DNA of 64,000 nucleotides from Dimorphilus gyrociliatus (GCA_904063045.1 CAJFCJ010000005.1:570815-634814); one strand, 5' to 3'. Shown: positions 37,418-50,491, counted from the stretch's first letter. Program-made: numbers and translations. Notes: a model not told the origin generated them from the letters alone.

Positions 37418-37856
37418 ATATGAATGCTAACCTGTCTGTAGGATTATTAATTATTTTCTTTTAAAATGATATACCTTTCGCATAAAGTTTAGCTTGTAAT
37501 AGATGTAATAGAGGAGCAAACATTCAAGTTCTCTTCCTATTATCAAACAATCAAAACCTAGCAAAGAATTTACAATTGTTCAATAGTTTTGAACATGAAA
37601 TATGTTTAAGAACACGACCTAAATACTCTGGGAACTTGTTGAAACATTTTATGACGATATACAGTATAAGAAAGGAAGAAATACACTCTTCAATTTGTAC
37701 GAATAAAATTACTATTGTGTATTTAAGGAAAAATTATCATTGTTAGCATATAGGTGGCTCTATTCCTCCAACTACAAATATGTAAAAAAAAAACACAGAG
37801 AATATAGCCGTTCTTATGCTCTTTTGACATAATAAAAAATTGAAATAAAAAGTATA

Positions 37857-37945
37857 TGCCCCAGGTGAGGATCGAACTCACAACCTCCGCATGGCCAGTA
37901 CTGCTCTTATAAGTACGGCGCGCTAACCGATTGCGCCACTGGGGC
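37857..37945 (-). tRNA. tRNA-Ile(TAT) with 15-nt intron, copy 2
   Basis: Exons identical to 5987-6075; one intron difference (AGAGCAG vs AGAGTAG). About 45 nt of upstream flank is also shared. Confidence 0.95.
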
Positions 37946-38257
37946 TTACGATTCAAATCTTCAGATATAATCAGTTTTACATTCAAATTTACCTTTTTAA
38001 TAGCATATTTTTTTATTTATATTTGTTTAACAGTCGATTGTTTCTTATGTTTGAATAAAGAGATTTTCTCGTTTAAAATGTCTCCTACGTCCAATAAGAT
38101 CATTTTCTTTAGTAATTATTATCTTAGAAACAAGAATACGATAAAAACTATATCTATATAAACTATTACGTAATTTCTGTTTCTTCTCATAAAAAACATT
38201 CTCACGCAAAGATAAGAATTCTATTATAAAAAAAAAACAGAAGAAATAAAAATTTCA

Positions 38258-38331
38258 TGGCCCGCATGGGGGTCGAACCCACGACCTCCGCGTTATCAGC
38301 ACGGCGCTCTAACCAACTGAGCTAACGGGCC
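38258..38331 (-). tRNA. tRNA-Ile(GAT) on a eukaryotic Ile body
   Basis: Reverse complement GGCCCGTTAGCTCAGTTGGTTAGAGCGCCGTGCTGATAACGCGGAGGTCGTGGGTTCGACCCCCATGCGGGCCA. All stems pair (some G:U); T5 terminator 5 nt downstream. Confidence 0.88.
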
Positions 38332-38520
38332 TTTTCATCCCAGCTGAGATTCATAATCAATTATTTTGTCGTATTACAAATGGAATTTTCACTGAATAGA
38401 TAAAGTTGTATAGATTGAATATTATTCAATAAACATCATGGACGTTTATTTCTAATGAAATGTATATTTTTTCAAAAATTTCCATCATTAAATAGAACAC
38501 AAAATGTCAAAAGAATAAAG

Positions 38521-39216
38521 CTAATTGGTCAATTTTCTCTTATACTTTTCAGATTTAGCAGAAGGATTCCGTGGCCTATGCATAAGATAATGGTGTTTTT
38601 CAGAGCATCCTTCGACCGTACATTTAATAGAAGTTTTACAATTGGGTCCTAAGTGACCGATTTTAAGACATATATGACACCTACTTTCCTTCTTTAGGTA
38701 GGATATTCGCTTCTTTAACGAAAAACCTTTAAAGACTTCGCAATTAACTAAATGGTGAACGTTTTCCGAGCATAGTCGGCAGGCTCCTCTCACTCCATTC
38801 TCGAAATAACTGGCTAGCTTAATAATAGATCGATCTTGTTCACTATAAATTATCTTGTCGTTGACGTGCTTTTCAACTCTTTTAGATAGTTTTTCAATCT
38901 TGCTTTCAAGATCGGCAATCTTCTTGTCGCAATATCTCGATGATATTTCACCGTGAAATATTTCTAATGCAGTTCCGCAAATATTCATTTTCGACATGTA
39001 TTTTCTCCACTCTATAGACTCTTGCGCCCATACAATTCTCATATCTTTATCCTTAGACATAGCATCTAGAATTCTCTCGAATATTTCCAATATCATTTTC
39101 TCATAATTATCAATTTCCTCATAATAATTTCTTACGTCTTCCTGTTCGCCTTCTTTCATTGCCTCCTTCGACGACATTTTCTTCTCATAAAGTTCAAGCA
39201 CTGTAGACGTCGACAT
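38521..39216 (-). mobile_element. BEL/Pao-type gag-derived ORF (coiled-coil + three Cys/His knuckles), no pol
   Basis: CRLCSENVHHLVNC (CX2CX4HX4C), CHICLKIGHLGPNC (CX2CX4HX4C), CTVEGCSEKHHYLMH (CX4CX3HX4H): the BEL/Pao triple-knuckle signature. Intact ATG-to-stop ORF of 231 aa. Confidence 0.8.
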
Positions 39217-39680
39217 TTCACAATTAAATTCCTTTCAAGCTCTTTTTCAGAACGCAGATTTAGTATTGACGGTGCTGATTCTACTCAGACTCAGCACTTC
39301 TTATTTGCAATATATACTCGCTAGTCAACATAAGGAACTATCAGCCTATATTCTATTATTAATATGAAACGAAACTTATTAGTCCAACTATCTCTTCCCA
39401 AAGAAAGTAATTTATCAAAACATCAACTGTCAATCTAGGCAAAAGTTCAATCAATAGGCTAACATAAAATGGAAATTATTCAAAGAGAATTGAAATAGTT
39501 TCCATGGCAAAACTCTATTTTTAATTATCTATTTGGATATTTGCGCAAACTTCTTTCTAGCGAAAAGATAATCGATCAGATCTTCGAAAGTCTATTGAAA
39601 TTTTTGACGTGAGTGTCTTCGTTCTGATTAGTATAAAAACATGATTTCTCCACATAATACATACAACAACAGTAGTAGAT

Positions 39681-40894
39681 ATGAGAAAGCTAACGCTTTT
39701 GTCGCTCATATGTGTTTTTATGATATACAGTAAGATTTGTATTATTGAATTTAAATTGTAATCTAATGAATGCTTCTATGCTAATAAGGAGTAGGAGGTG
39801 AAGTTCTATACGCTAACCTTAGGTTCAAGTCGAAGCGTAGATGAAGGGGATTCTGTATCATTTCAAATTCTTCAAATGACAGATACGGGAGCAAGCTGCT
39901 CGTAAGTAGTGATTTTCCTTGTCCTATATTATCTTAATAATTAGGAATCTATTTTTCATTCAATGTACCTCCTAGCCTCTCTCTCTTCTCAGCCTCGAAG
40001 GCTGACGATTCAGATTTTGACATAAGTATTAAAATAGGATCTCAAACTTTCGCCATAGATCAAACGTTTACTTTCAACGGACCCGATCTAAACGTCACAA
40101 TTACAACTTTAGAAGACTCTGAAATGGAAGAAGAGTAAATTTTAGCTATGATGTTTCAATGTACAAACGTAACGTCTCCTGATTTACCAATGCCAATGCT
40201 AATCTCCATAAGAAACAAGGTTCCCTCAACAACTGGTTCAAGTGATCCCCACTTTTTACAAATAGTTAAAGATAAGAAAACGGATAAGGCAAAATTTATA
40301 TGCTATGACGTGACGGGTAAAACTGGGGATAAGATAAGAATTTTCTCAGATTATTCTTCGAATATAACTGTTATTGGACAACCTGTGGACGATTACTACA
40401 TGCATAAAGTATTCATCTATTTCCCATCTGGAAATTTAACAATCACAATGAATGAAATATATTTACAATCGATCAGCATTATGCAATGGAAGAATGAACT
40501 GGACTTTTTTCAAAGTTACAATGGCCGATTATCGTTAAAGAAAACGAATCATATTTTGCATATTAGACCATCTTTTTCAGATTCTCAGTTGACATACAAG
40601 ATTATCAAATCGAAAAAACTGATAGGCGGATACTATCTTGACATTTCAATTGAAGGGCTGGGATTCAATTATCATAAAACAGGAGGTCTTATAGGACGTA
40701 TTGGGAGAAATGACTTTAACTTTTATGATAATATTCAAAAGCAAGATTTAATAACTGAAGAGAAAGTTGGAATTGTTGCAAATGGTTGTTTAATAAGCGG
40801 AAGAAAAGAGAATAGAGGTGGTAAATACTGCTGGTTAATAAATGCTGATGATGCCATCTACCCATTCAACTTGTCCGAGTATATTTATACCTAA
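39681..40894 (+). CDS. Secreted protein: short Calx-beta-like segment + ITIH C-terminal (ITI_HC_C-like) domain with DPH motif, ~322 aa
   Basis: Exons 39681-39729, 39823-39901, 39976-40134, 40213-40894 splice in frame. SDPHFLQ...FICYDVTGKTGDKIRIFSD...VIGQ, TGGLIG and YCWL match the ITIH C-terminal pattern (DPHFII..ICFNI.G..G....HGLLG..CW). Confidence 0.75.
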
Positions 40895-41247
40895 AAAGTT
40901 GGAAACATTAAGGAAGAGTAGACTTTACTATGCTTTTTATACATCAATATTAATATAGTTTAAATATTAATTTCATTATACAGTATTGTTGTAATAATCA
41001 TCTGAGTAAATGTTTGTCTATCGTTCCTTTTTACAGCGTTTTAGGAGGACAAAAATCTTGTCCGTTTACTAGATTATTCAATATATTAATATGAATGAAA
41101 ATTTGCTCAAGCAATTAACATGAAAGTATACGTCAAAAATCAGTTAGCAAAACAAGCAATGATAATCGATTTGTTTCTCCAGTTGAATATTTATTACTGA
41201 ACAGAAATATTTCTAATTCATTGTTCTTTCAATTCTCCTCAGAACGA

Positions 41248-42197
41248 ATGGTTAACAGACATCTAAACTTCTTTCTAAGTCTCTTACTACCTTTCTTCTA
41301 TTTTAGCAGTGAGTGAAAAATAGTTCTATCTATTATTGTTTCAAACTGTTGTGAGTTATTTTTCAGCAACACTTTCTAGATCACCGTGGCTTTTTTCGGA
41401 TGACAAGACTGTCTTATTATATGATTTCTATAATGTAACAGAGGACGGTACAGTTCCCCATCAATCTGAGATAAGAGATTTGTCAAAAAAGAAAAAAATT
41501 GGACATATAGCGGGTAACAATGTTGTCTATGGCAAAAATGGATATATTTTCTTGCCTGAATTTTCCAAGTTCATTGTAAATATATTTAGTTGTATATAAA
41601 CTTTATACAGACCGGAAATGTTTGCGTCACTTATCATACAAAAATCTATTTATAGGTTACGAGTGACGATGACCTAAAACCTAATGGAAGTTTTACTATT
41701 GAAATGATTATGAAAGAGGACTACCGTATTCAAGGAAACTATCCGTTATACATTTTTAAAAAAGATTTCCAAATTAGTTTAAGAATTGCTAAAAATGGTT
41801 TCGCAGATTTGGTTTATAATACTGAAAGCAACGGACTATTATTAACCAATTTTATGATTGAAAGCTTAGGAGAATCATTGGAGTATATTGGTTTAACATT
41901 TAACTCTCAATCCTCCAAATTAATTTTGTATAAGAATGCTGAAAAAGTGAAAGAACTAACTCTGTCTGTTCAACTTCAACAAAGCAATTATCCTTTATAT
42001 ATAGGTCATTGTGATACTAGTTGCAATCCTCGTGATTTTGAAGGCCGCATATATGCCTTTAAATGGACTAACGTTTATAGAGAACAAGAATACTTTAATG
42101 AAACTTGGGAAAGAGGTAATTGTGTGTGTAAAGAATCTTATTAAATTTCATTATTATAAAACATCTTAAAGCGTCTGAGAATACTAACTTGTACTAG
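41248..42197 (+). CDS. Secreted LamG/ConA-like protein, paralog 2
   Basis: Signal MVNRHLNFFLSLLLPFFYFS; WLFSDDKTVLLYDFYN; ORF 41704-42144 (YIGLTF...YKNAE...FEGRIYAFKWT); last exon 42172-42197. Confidence 0.75.
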
Positions 42198-42698
42198 AGT
42201 TTCACGATTACACAGGTTCTCTAGACATTCTAGATCTTGTTCACTTTATCTCCTAGATAAAGTTTAAACAGAACTGTCTTTAATATCATTTCATTATTTA
42301 AAACTATTGAATTTTTTAATGCGTAACACAAACAAATTTGAAATAGTTATTCACACAATGTTCGATCATTACAAAAGCCACTAATAAAGACAATAAACCT
42401 AACTACTAATAGGTACATATAAACCAGAATTTAGATTCAAATATACGATATGATTTTGAAGAAAATGTTGAAAATTCAAAAGGATCAGGTAAGAATCAAT
42501 GTGTTTTTCAGTTGACAATAATAACTATAACACCTATAATAATAATAATAATAATATTAATTTATTTTCAAGTTCCAAGAGATTGTTAACAGAATATTTA
42601 ATAGATAAAAACAATGAAATGAAAACAGTTTTTTTCTGATTAAGTCTGGAGTTGGCATCACGAAGGAAATGAAGACTTAAATTAAATATATATATATA

Positions 42699-45600
42699 TT
42701 AATATAAAATGTATATACATGTATAGTGTAAAATAATGGAAAATGTAATTAATGTTATCATAGGTAAGTCTCTCGATTTTCCGGCTGTGCCGTCCAAGAA
42801 CCAATTATTACAATTTGAAGTTGAGCAACATTTACTGCATTCCTTCTGTCCATCTACAGTTCTGCAATTTTCATTACTGTAATCTGTCGAACATCGTTCG
42901 CTACCGCACTTTCTTATATAGGTGATTTCATTTTCTCTCTCTCTTCGTATTACCCAGCAATCTCCAAACGTGCAATTGACAACTTTAATGCTGGCTGTGA
43001 AATTGAAATGTTTAGACAACTCTCCTCCGCACGTATCTCTATTACCAACGCAAGAATAGCATTTTTCTGCAATAAGATTCAAGTATTTTTAATATCAATA
43101 TGATAAATCTATTGAAATTGAAATATAAATAATTACTTGCACACCGAGTTCCGTAATTCGCTTTGAAAGTGTTGTCTTCGCACTTTTCGCATAATTTTCC
43201 ATGAATGCAGTCTGTACATTTATCAATACTGCAGTAAATGCACGATGATCCGTCATTTTTAAGTGTATACCCTCTTCGGCAGGAACGGCATTTTGTCTTA
43301 TCATCTTGATCAGCATCACTACAAGTTTCGCAGTTTTCAAAGGTGACATCCGAACATAATTTGCATCTTCCATTACTTTGTAACGAATATTTATTGGAAA
43401 TGCAACTTTGGCATCTAGTTGTTTTGTCAGTTAAGACCGTACAGAAATTGCAATTTGTTGAGCAAGGAACACATGTTCCATCCGTGTCTCTGGCAAAGTT
43501 TTTATAGCATTTACTACATACAAGATTTTTGTTAACCAGTATACAAATTTCGCAATTTTCTGGACATTTACTGCAAATATTTGTACTTAAGAAATGATTA
43601 CTCGCACAAGAAGTACACTCAAGCTCAGCACCTGTCTCTATCTCTTGGCAACTTTGGCATTCTCTCACTCCGCACGACTCGCATAGGCCGTTTTTAAGTC
43701 CATATCTACTTAAACATGATGTACATCTTACTCTTTCCTCTTCCAAAACGCATTCTTTACAACCACCAGGACAGGGGGAACATGATTTTACCTCGTTTAA
43801 ATAATAGCCAAAGACACACGAAGAACAAGAGTACTTGTGAGTAAAAGAACATCCATTACAGCCAACAGGGCAAATTCGGCATACTCCGCTAACGAGAACA
43901 TGTGTAGTGTAATTACAAGAAGAGCAGATTGTCATATCAAAAAGCCTTTGATATCCAAGACAATTTCCATTCCTTTCGTAACATTTTTTATCGAAAGAAC
44001 TATAGAAATATCCATCTTCACATTTATCTATATCGCATTTACCAGCACCGTTTTTGTTACAGAGTTTACAATGAGAAGCACACTCTTTAATAAATATGTA
44101 TTAGGAAATAAATGAGCTTTGTTTTTGCAATGCGGAATTTATACTTACTTTCACAGGCATTCGGAGTTACCTCATTATTCAGATAGTAGCTAGATTCACA
44201 TAATTGCGGTATGAGATTATCACTTAATGTACTTTCGTAGCTACATCTCAATACTCCTTCTCCAGTACATTTTACACAAGTTCCGACTAATCTCTTCCTA
44301 ATGAAACCATCTTTACATCCGTCCGGCAGACATTTATCTTTTTCAGTACAAAAGTCACAATCTGAAGCGCAACTCTCACACTGTCCAGAAGAATCAATAA
44401 AATACGATTTAGAACATTTTAAGCAAACAAATTTGCTGCTAATATCTTTTGTACAAAGTAAACAATTTGAAATTGGACAAATTTCACACTTGAAATCCTT
44501 ATCCCTCAAAGCCGAATTCCCTATACAACTGAATTGTTTACAAAGGATCTTTGTTTCATCTGAGCTATCAAAATAGCAGTCACTACATGCCATAGGAGTC
44601 TGAGGACACTGGACACATATCTTTTCACTGTTCAAGGCGTATCCAGCTAAGCATTCTTTACACTGTTTATTTGTGGATCCTAAATGAACTTCGCACGCCT
44701 TGCATCCAACACCGCATTGAATACACGTCCCTGTACTCTGAATACCATGATAAAGTCCATAATTATCATTACATTCTACGCAGAAAGATGTATGTGTTAA
44801 CAAATTTTTATCATGTCGACACTTTCGACAGTGCGATGTTCCAGCCCCCGGCGACGTAGTACAACTTAGGCATTGTTTGGAATCAAAACTCAAAGTATAT
44901 CCTTCCAAGCATTCAGAGCATTTACAAATATTGTTATCCAAATAAAGCTTATCCACCTTACATTGTGATATTGACATTTCTGAACAAGAAATACAAGTAA
45001 TTTCATCCTTTGATAGAATTTCATCAGATTTACATCTACATTTGCACATGTCATCTGATACATATTTAGATCCACCAACACAAGTAGTCGAAGAACAATC
45101 GACGCACTTTGTTCCATCATCATTCAGTACAGCCTCATCGAGGCATAAAGTACATCGACAATAATATTGACCAGATACAAGTTGTAAAGAATATTTGGCG
45201 CAAAATGAAATGAAACATTTCAAACAGCCAGACATGTCTGGTTTCATCAGATAATTACTCCCTGGTATATTAGTTTGGCACGTCGAACATAAACATTTAC
45301 TATTAAGGGATATTGCTAAGAGACAATTCGTCATAGAAGATTGCAGTGAACAAGTTTGACACGTATAATAGAGAGATGATGTAAATTCAATTATTTTGTT
45401 ATCTTCACATTGAGCACATCGTCCATTAGATGGTTGAGATGGTGAGTCAGTTTGTAGATATTTATAATAAACACATCCGTTGATTATCGTTTGAACTGGC
45501 AGCGGTGTTGTTGAATCTGAAACCTTGAAATGATTAATAGCCGGCACTTGGCATTGCAGAGGATTTCCATATAGGTACTCCTGTTCGCAATTCCAGCCAA

Positions 45601-48600
45601 CAGAGGATACGCATGTAGATCTACTATCAGAAAGAATGTAACTCGGGGAACAGTCTCTACAAAGAGTCGACGGTGTTGGTGAAATATAAATAGTTGCAGA
45701 GCAGTCTGGTAGAGAATATGAAACTGCTGCACAAGAATAGTAAAAGTTAGCAAAATTTGTTCCGTCATAAGTGTTCGTAAGGCAAGATAGACAGCCACAA
45801 AGGTCAGGATTAGAATGTAATACCCACGGTTCTGCACAGTTGCTTGAAGTACAAGTACTATGTCCACAATTATAACCCTTTCCAATTGAGCATTTAGTGC
45901 ATATAACTTTATATGTGTTGTGATATATGCATGATAGACAATGTGGAACAGTGTCCGAGCACTTAAAACACTTTTCATTGTATAGATAATAGCCATTAAT
46001 GCAACGAAGACATTTCATATAATTTTTGTCGATCCCGGAATGATTTGGATCCCACCGAGAGCACCCAGGTGAAATACCTGAAAAATTTAATAATTAGTAA
46101 AAATTAATAACTTCTATAATCTCATCAACAAACGTAGACATTTGGTTGTTAGAAGGTCGTATCCTCCTTTGCACCCTGCTATGGAAAAGGATTCATACGT
46201 TCCCGTACACCATAGTGCGTTGGGATCAAGCGTTTGGCATGCTGCATTTATATTAATGTAATTAGATATGACAAAAACAAATAGGAAAGTGAGTATATTA
46301 CTTTTGCAATTTCTGTTTCCCAGAGAATTCTGAAAAACAGTTCGATAGTTTGTTGATTCGTCACCAATACAGCCACCTAGTTTACATTTGCATGACGTAC
46401 CATCATACTCCAGGATTGCACATGACGGTCTTGCATCCGAACAATCTATCCAAAAATAAATCGTAATTTAATAATATAAATGTGCAAAAAGTAGCATTTA
46501 AGGATTCTACCGTAACAGCCCTTAACCTCAACTCCTGCAATATTGACTGTAAGCCATTGTTTTGCGGTTGAACAAGTAACGCACTCAACATCTGTTCTCT
46601 CACTATTAAGGACACATTCGATGCAATCGCTTCCACACGATTTACAAACCCCAGAATTAGGTCCATCTAAAATAACTTGTGACCCCTTTGGACATGATCT
46701 ACAATAACAAATTCCCCCTTCGTCTACGATACTCTTGGAATTGCACGAACTATCAGATGGACATGACAGCGAACAAGCTTGAGTTGTAAATGAGAACTTC
46801 TTATTTAATGAGTTTTCTTTAACAGAACAAGGCGATCTTAAACATTTTACTTCTCCCAAAATTACTTCACAATAATCACAATTAGATATAGATGAACAAG
46901 AACGACAAAGAGTTATATCGGATGTACCACTTTTATATTCTGGAGCGTATCCTTTACTACATTTCAAGCATGTGCTACTTACGCCAGTCTTTTTACACAA
47001 ATCGCATCCACTCTGACAAGGAAAGCAAAATCCAGTGAGATCATCAAATCCAAAAGTACGTTGACATTTTGAAGGATAACAAACGGGAAAATCTGAATTT
47101 GCAGTGGGAAAGTAGCATTTATCACAATTCTGAGGACAAGCTAAAAAGAACTTTCACATTAAAAGTGAAATTTATTGATCTTTGAGGAAACTTACGAATA
47201 CACTCTCCGTCAACACGTTTAGTCCAGGACTTTCCATTAGCATTTTCCAAACAGAAATGGTTCGAATTAGTTCCTAAGCACTCAGTTTTTCCTCTAACAT
47301 TATTATATGTACATTGTTTACAATTATCAGGGCATTTCGAACATTGTTTTGCTTCATTTAAAGTATATCCTTCTATACATTGTCCCTCCAAACACTTCAG
47401 TTTATGTTCAGAAACTGCGCATTTTAAGCAATTATTCGGACAATGATCGCAAATTTTAGTGTTTGACGATCCATAATTGGCTTTACATTTTACACATTCT
47501 ACTCGGCCATTTATTTCGTCGCACAAATCGCAATTAGGTGGACACGGGGCGCATATATCTTCTTTTACGTAAAATTCAGTTTGACATTTTTTACAAGTAC
47601 CGTGTCCACTAGTAATATCACATTCAATGCATGCAAAATGAACGGCTTGGCTACATAGTAAACATCTCCCAGTGTTGGAAAGAGAATAGGCTGACGATTC
47701 GCAAACTGAGCATCTGTCTTTGTTCAAACAATGTTTACATCCAAGAAGAAACTGTGAACAAAGTTGACAAACGACTCTTCCATTGTCTTCCGATTTAAAG
47801 GCTAAACTTGAGCAGGCACTACACGATATCCCCGTATATTTAGAATGAATGCACGAGATACAGTATTTTCCACAAGCTATAAGAATAAATAAGAATGAAA
47901 CGTAGAATAAATGACACTTTTTCGTTATTTTAAAATTACAAGTGCACCCTCCATCATTATTAATTGCGTAGGCATCTTTGCATTCTTTGCATTCCGTACG
48001 TTTTGTGAACGAATTCCATTCGCAAAAATTACAATTTAAGGGGCAAGGTAAACAGTCTTGTGTATCTTTTCTTAACGTATATGCAGTATTGCATTCCAAG
48101 CAGGCTGGTGTATTAGTACAATTCAAGCATCCGCTCGGACAGGCTGAAAAGAAACGTCGTTAACGCATATTTATAAATAGTAATGTTTTTTATACAATTG
48201 CAAATGTTCTTATCCAAAAAGTGGCCGGGTTTACAATCCAAGCACTCGGTAGCTTCATACTCTGTATTCCATACAGTTTTCTCGCGACAGTTGAAACAAT
48301 TATCGGGACATTCTGATATAAAAGAAATGTACTTAAATAAAAAGAAACTGTTGAATGTAGACGATTAAATACTAAGGCATTTCGACTGATTGACACTCAA
48401 TTCATAGCCAGTATCGCATGTTCTGCAGGATAGTACATGTTTATCAACCTTAATAATTTCACACTGATAAAAATCGTTGTCTTTTACCAATGCACATTTA
48501 ACAAGATCTGCCAAAGAAATAGATTTCCCTTCAATTTAACAGCAAAAAAACAATAGAGATAAATAATTTTTACCTTTTGTGTAGAAAAGACAAAACGTTA

Positions 48601-48619
48601 TAATTAAGAATATTTTCAT
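42699..48619 (-). CDS. Giant Cys-rich protein: signal peptide, many furin-like (CxxC) repeats, C-terminal Ly6/uPAR domain and GPI-type tail
   Basis: Exon 1 MKIFLIITFCLFYTK (48619-48574). Cys-rich ORFs 47122-48126, 46446-47000, 44087-46018 and 43042-43935. Last ORF 42699-43082 has CYSC...CCSTSNCN followed by a hydrophobic end. Junctions checked are GT-AG and in frame; not all were checked. Confidence 0.75.
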
Positions 48620-49234
48620 ATCAAATGATCAAAATTTAAACCTGGCGAAAAGTTTACAAGCAGGAATATGTTCTTTTCCGATTGTTTTGAAAACGAAACT
48701 AGAAATGAAGGATTATAGAACAATCTGAAAACTAATGCAAGCCCATATTCTTTTGTAAATCCGAAAGAATGGTAAATGATTAGAATATTAGAATAATCTA
48801 GGTCAATAGACGTAAGTGAAATATAATGAAAAATTAAAGGTAAATTGTTTAGATCCTACAAAATGTTGGTGTAATACTTAAATAAAAATAATATCATGTT
48901 TATTTAATTACGTTCGTGTGTCTTAAATATTATAAAATCTATCCAGTGCCATGCTATATAGAGTCTTGAGAACCAATGCGGTGTTAGCTTTGTACACAGG
49001 GGAATTTTGAAATTATTAAATATTAACTCTTAGTAAGGTTTAGCTCTCCGAACCTTTAATCAGATCAATTTACCTATAAAACTTGTAATTCGTACAAAAA
49101 TAGAAATATATTCATAGGTTTGAATTTGGCTTAATACGCTGTGTCCATTGTTAAATATAATAAATTATGTTAAAGTTGTAGTTTCGGTTAAAAAACCACA
49201 GCAAATGCATTTTAAAAATGAACTTTGATGTTTT

Positions 49235-50141
49235 CTATTCAATTTTCTAATGAAATACAAAAAGTAATCATAAAACTTACTGTTAAAATTGTTCCAATTT
49301 GTGGAAAAGTAGGAAGTATCTCTAACTAAATGGGACCATTTAAAAGCGTAGATCTTTCCTTGAAAGTTTGAATTATGTACTTCATTCTCATAATTGCCGA
49401 TGATAAGGTCTTCGTACGAATCAATGGAAATGAAAGATTTTTCCTCCGTTTGAATTAATACCCCATTTACATAGAATGAAATTATTGACGATTGGTCATG
49501 ATATGTTATTGCCAGATATATTAATGAATTTTCCGTTGTAGGTAAAGTAAAACTTACATAATAATCAGAAGCAAATCTGTTTACGAAAAATTCTCCATTA
49601 CCCAATTTTGTAAGTTTCACCCCCAAGGAATCTCCTTTGTGAAAACACCAACACGGTTGATTCGATGGTATACCTTGAAAATCATATTGTACAACTATTT
49701 CAACTGTGAAATCATCATGGGGTTCTAGCTCATTGGAGGATTGAACCTAGGAAAAAACAAACAATGGCATAAGAGAAGAATATAAGTATATTCCTTTGAA
49801 AATTCGTACCTGAAGATAATCCATATTATTGAAATATATAGAACCATCTTCTTGATAAGAAGCTGATGGTCCAAGTATTTTCTTTTGAAACGGATAATTA
49901 GCCCTATCACTGATGGTAGTATCACTAACGATAGCTTCAGTTTTATTGATATCGTACCAATCGAATAGCAGTTTCGTTTTAGAATCAACAGAAAGCCATC
50001 GAGTTCGGCAATTAAAACAAGCTAAGAAATAGAAAGAATATAATTGATTTGTTTCTGAAAGGAAATGATTAACAATTTACCGAAAGAAGAGAATATTACA
50101 GCAATCTTGAATGGTATAATCAACGTACAAAACCAATTCAT
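49235..50141 (-). CDS. Secreted LamG/ConA-like protein, paralog 3
   Basis: Signal MNWFCTLIIPFKIAVIFSSF; RWLSVDSKTKLLFDWYD; FTVEIVV; YLAITY...YVNGVL...FQGKIYAFKWS. The 3' end is uncertain (49235 if spliced at GTAAGT, 49165 if not). Confidence 0.72.
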
Positions 50142-50491
50142 GATTGACGCTTACAGATATAAAGTGGAAAATATAGAAAAAGGCATACTTTATATAATAA
50201 CTATTTCGTCAAATTGAACATGTTTGTATCATTTATTAGATAGAAACTTGTATTATATTTCATCGTAACATGTTTATTTTATTGATATAACTGCAAAATG
50301 TAGCTGTTGTCATACAAAGAGCAATTAACGGATAAATAATAATTTATATTTAGAATAACGTGCCTCATGAAGAGTTAAGTTTATAAAAAGAATCGTTGCA
50401 TCTTGATCTTATGAATAAAAAATGAATTTCCTGTATAGCAAATAACCAATACTCTATTTATAAGCTATTTTAATGCACTCTATATCAAGTC

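Noticed and set aside
38258-38331. Bacterial or organellar origin (contamination or HGT) of tRNA-Ile(GAT)
   Set aside because: The body is eukaryotic Ile type, no CCA is encoded, a Pol III T-run follows, and it is embedded among eukaryotic genes.
40135-40147. In-frame TAA at 40136 or an 11-nt GT..AG mini-intron in the ITIH-C gene
   Set aside because: A normal 78-nt intron (40135-40212, with CTAAT branch-like motif) restores the frame. The gene is not a pseudogene and ORF start 40148 is intronic.
43095-48396. Alternative-frame and antisense ORFs over the Cys-rich gene (e.g. 45484-45996, 44301-44576)
   Set aside because: They overlap a well-supported repeat protein and have no independent signal.
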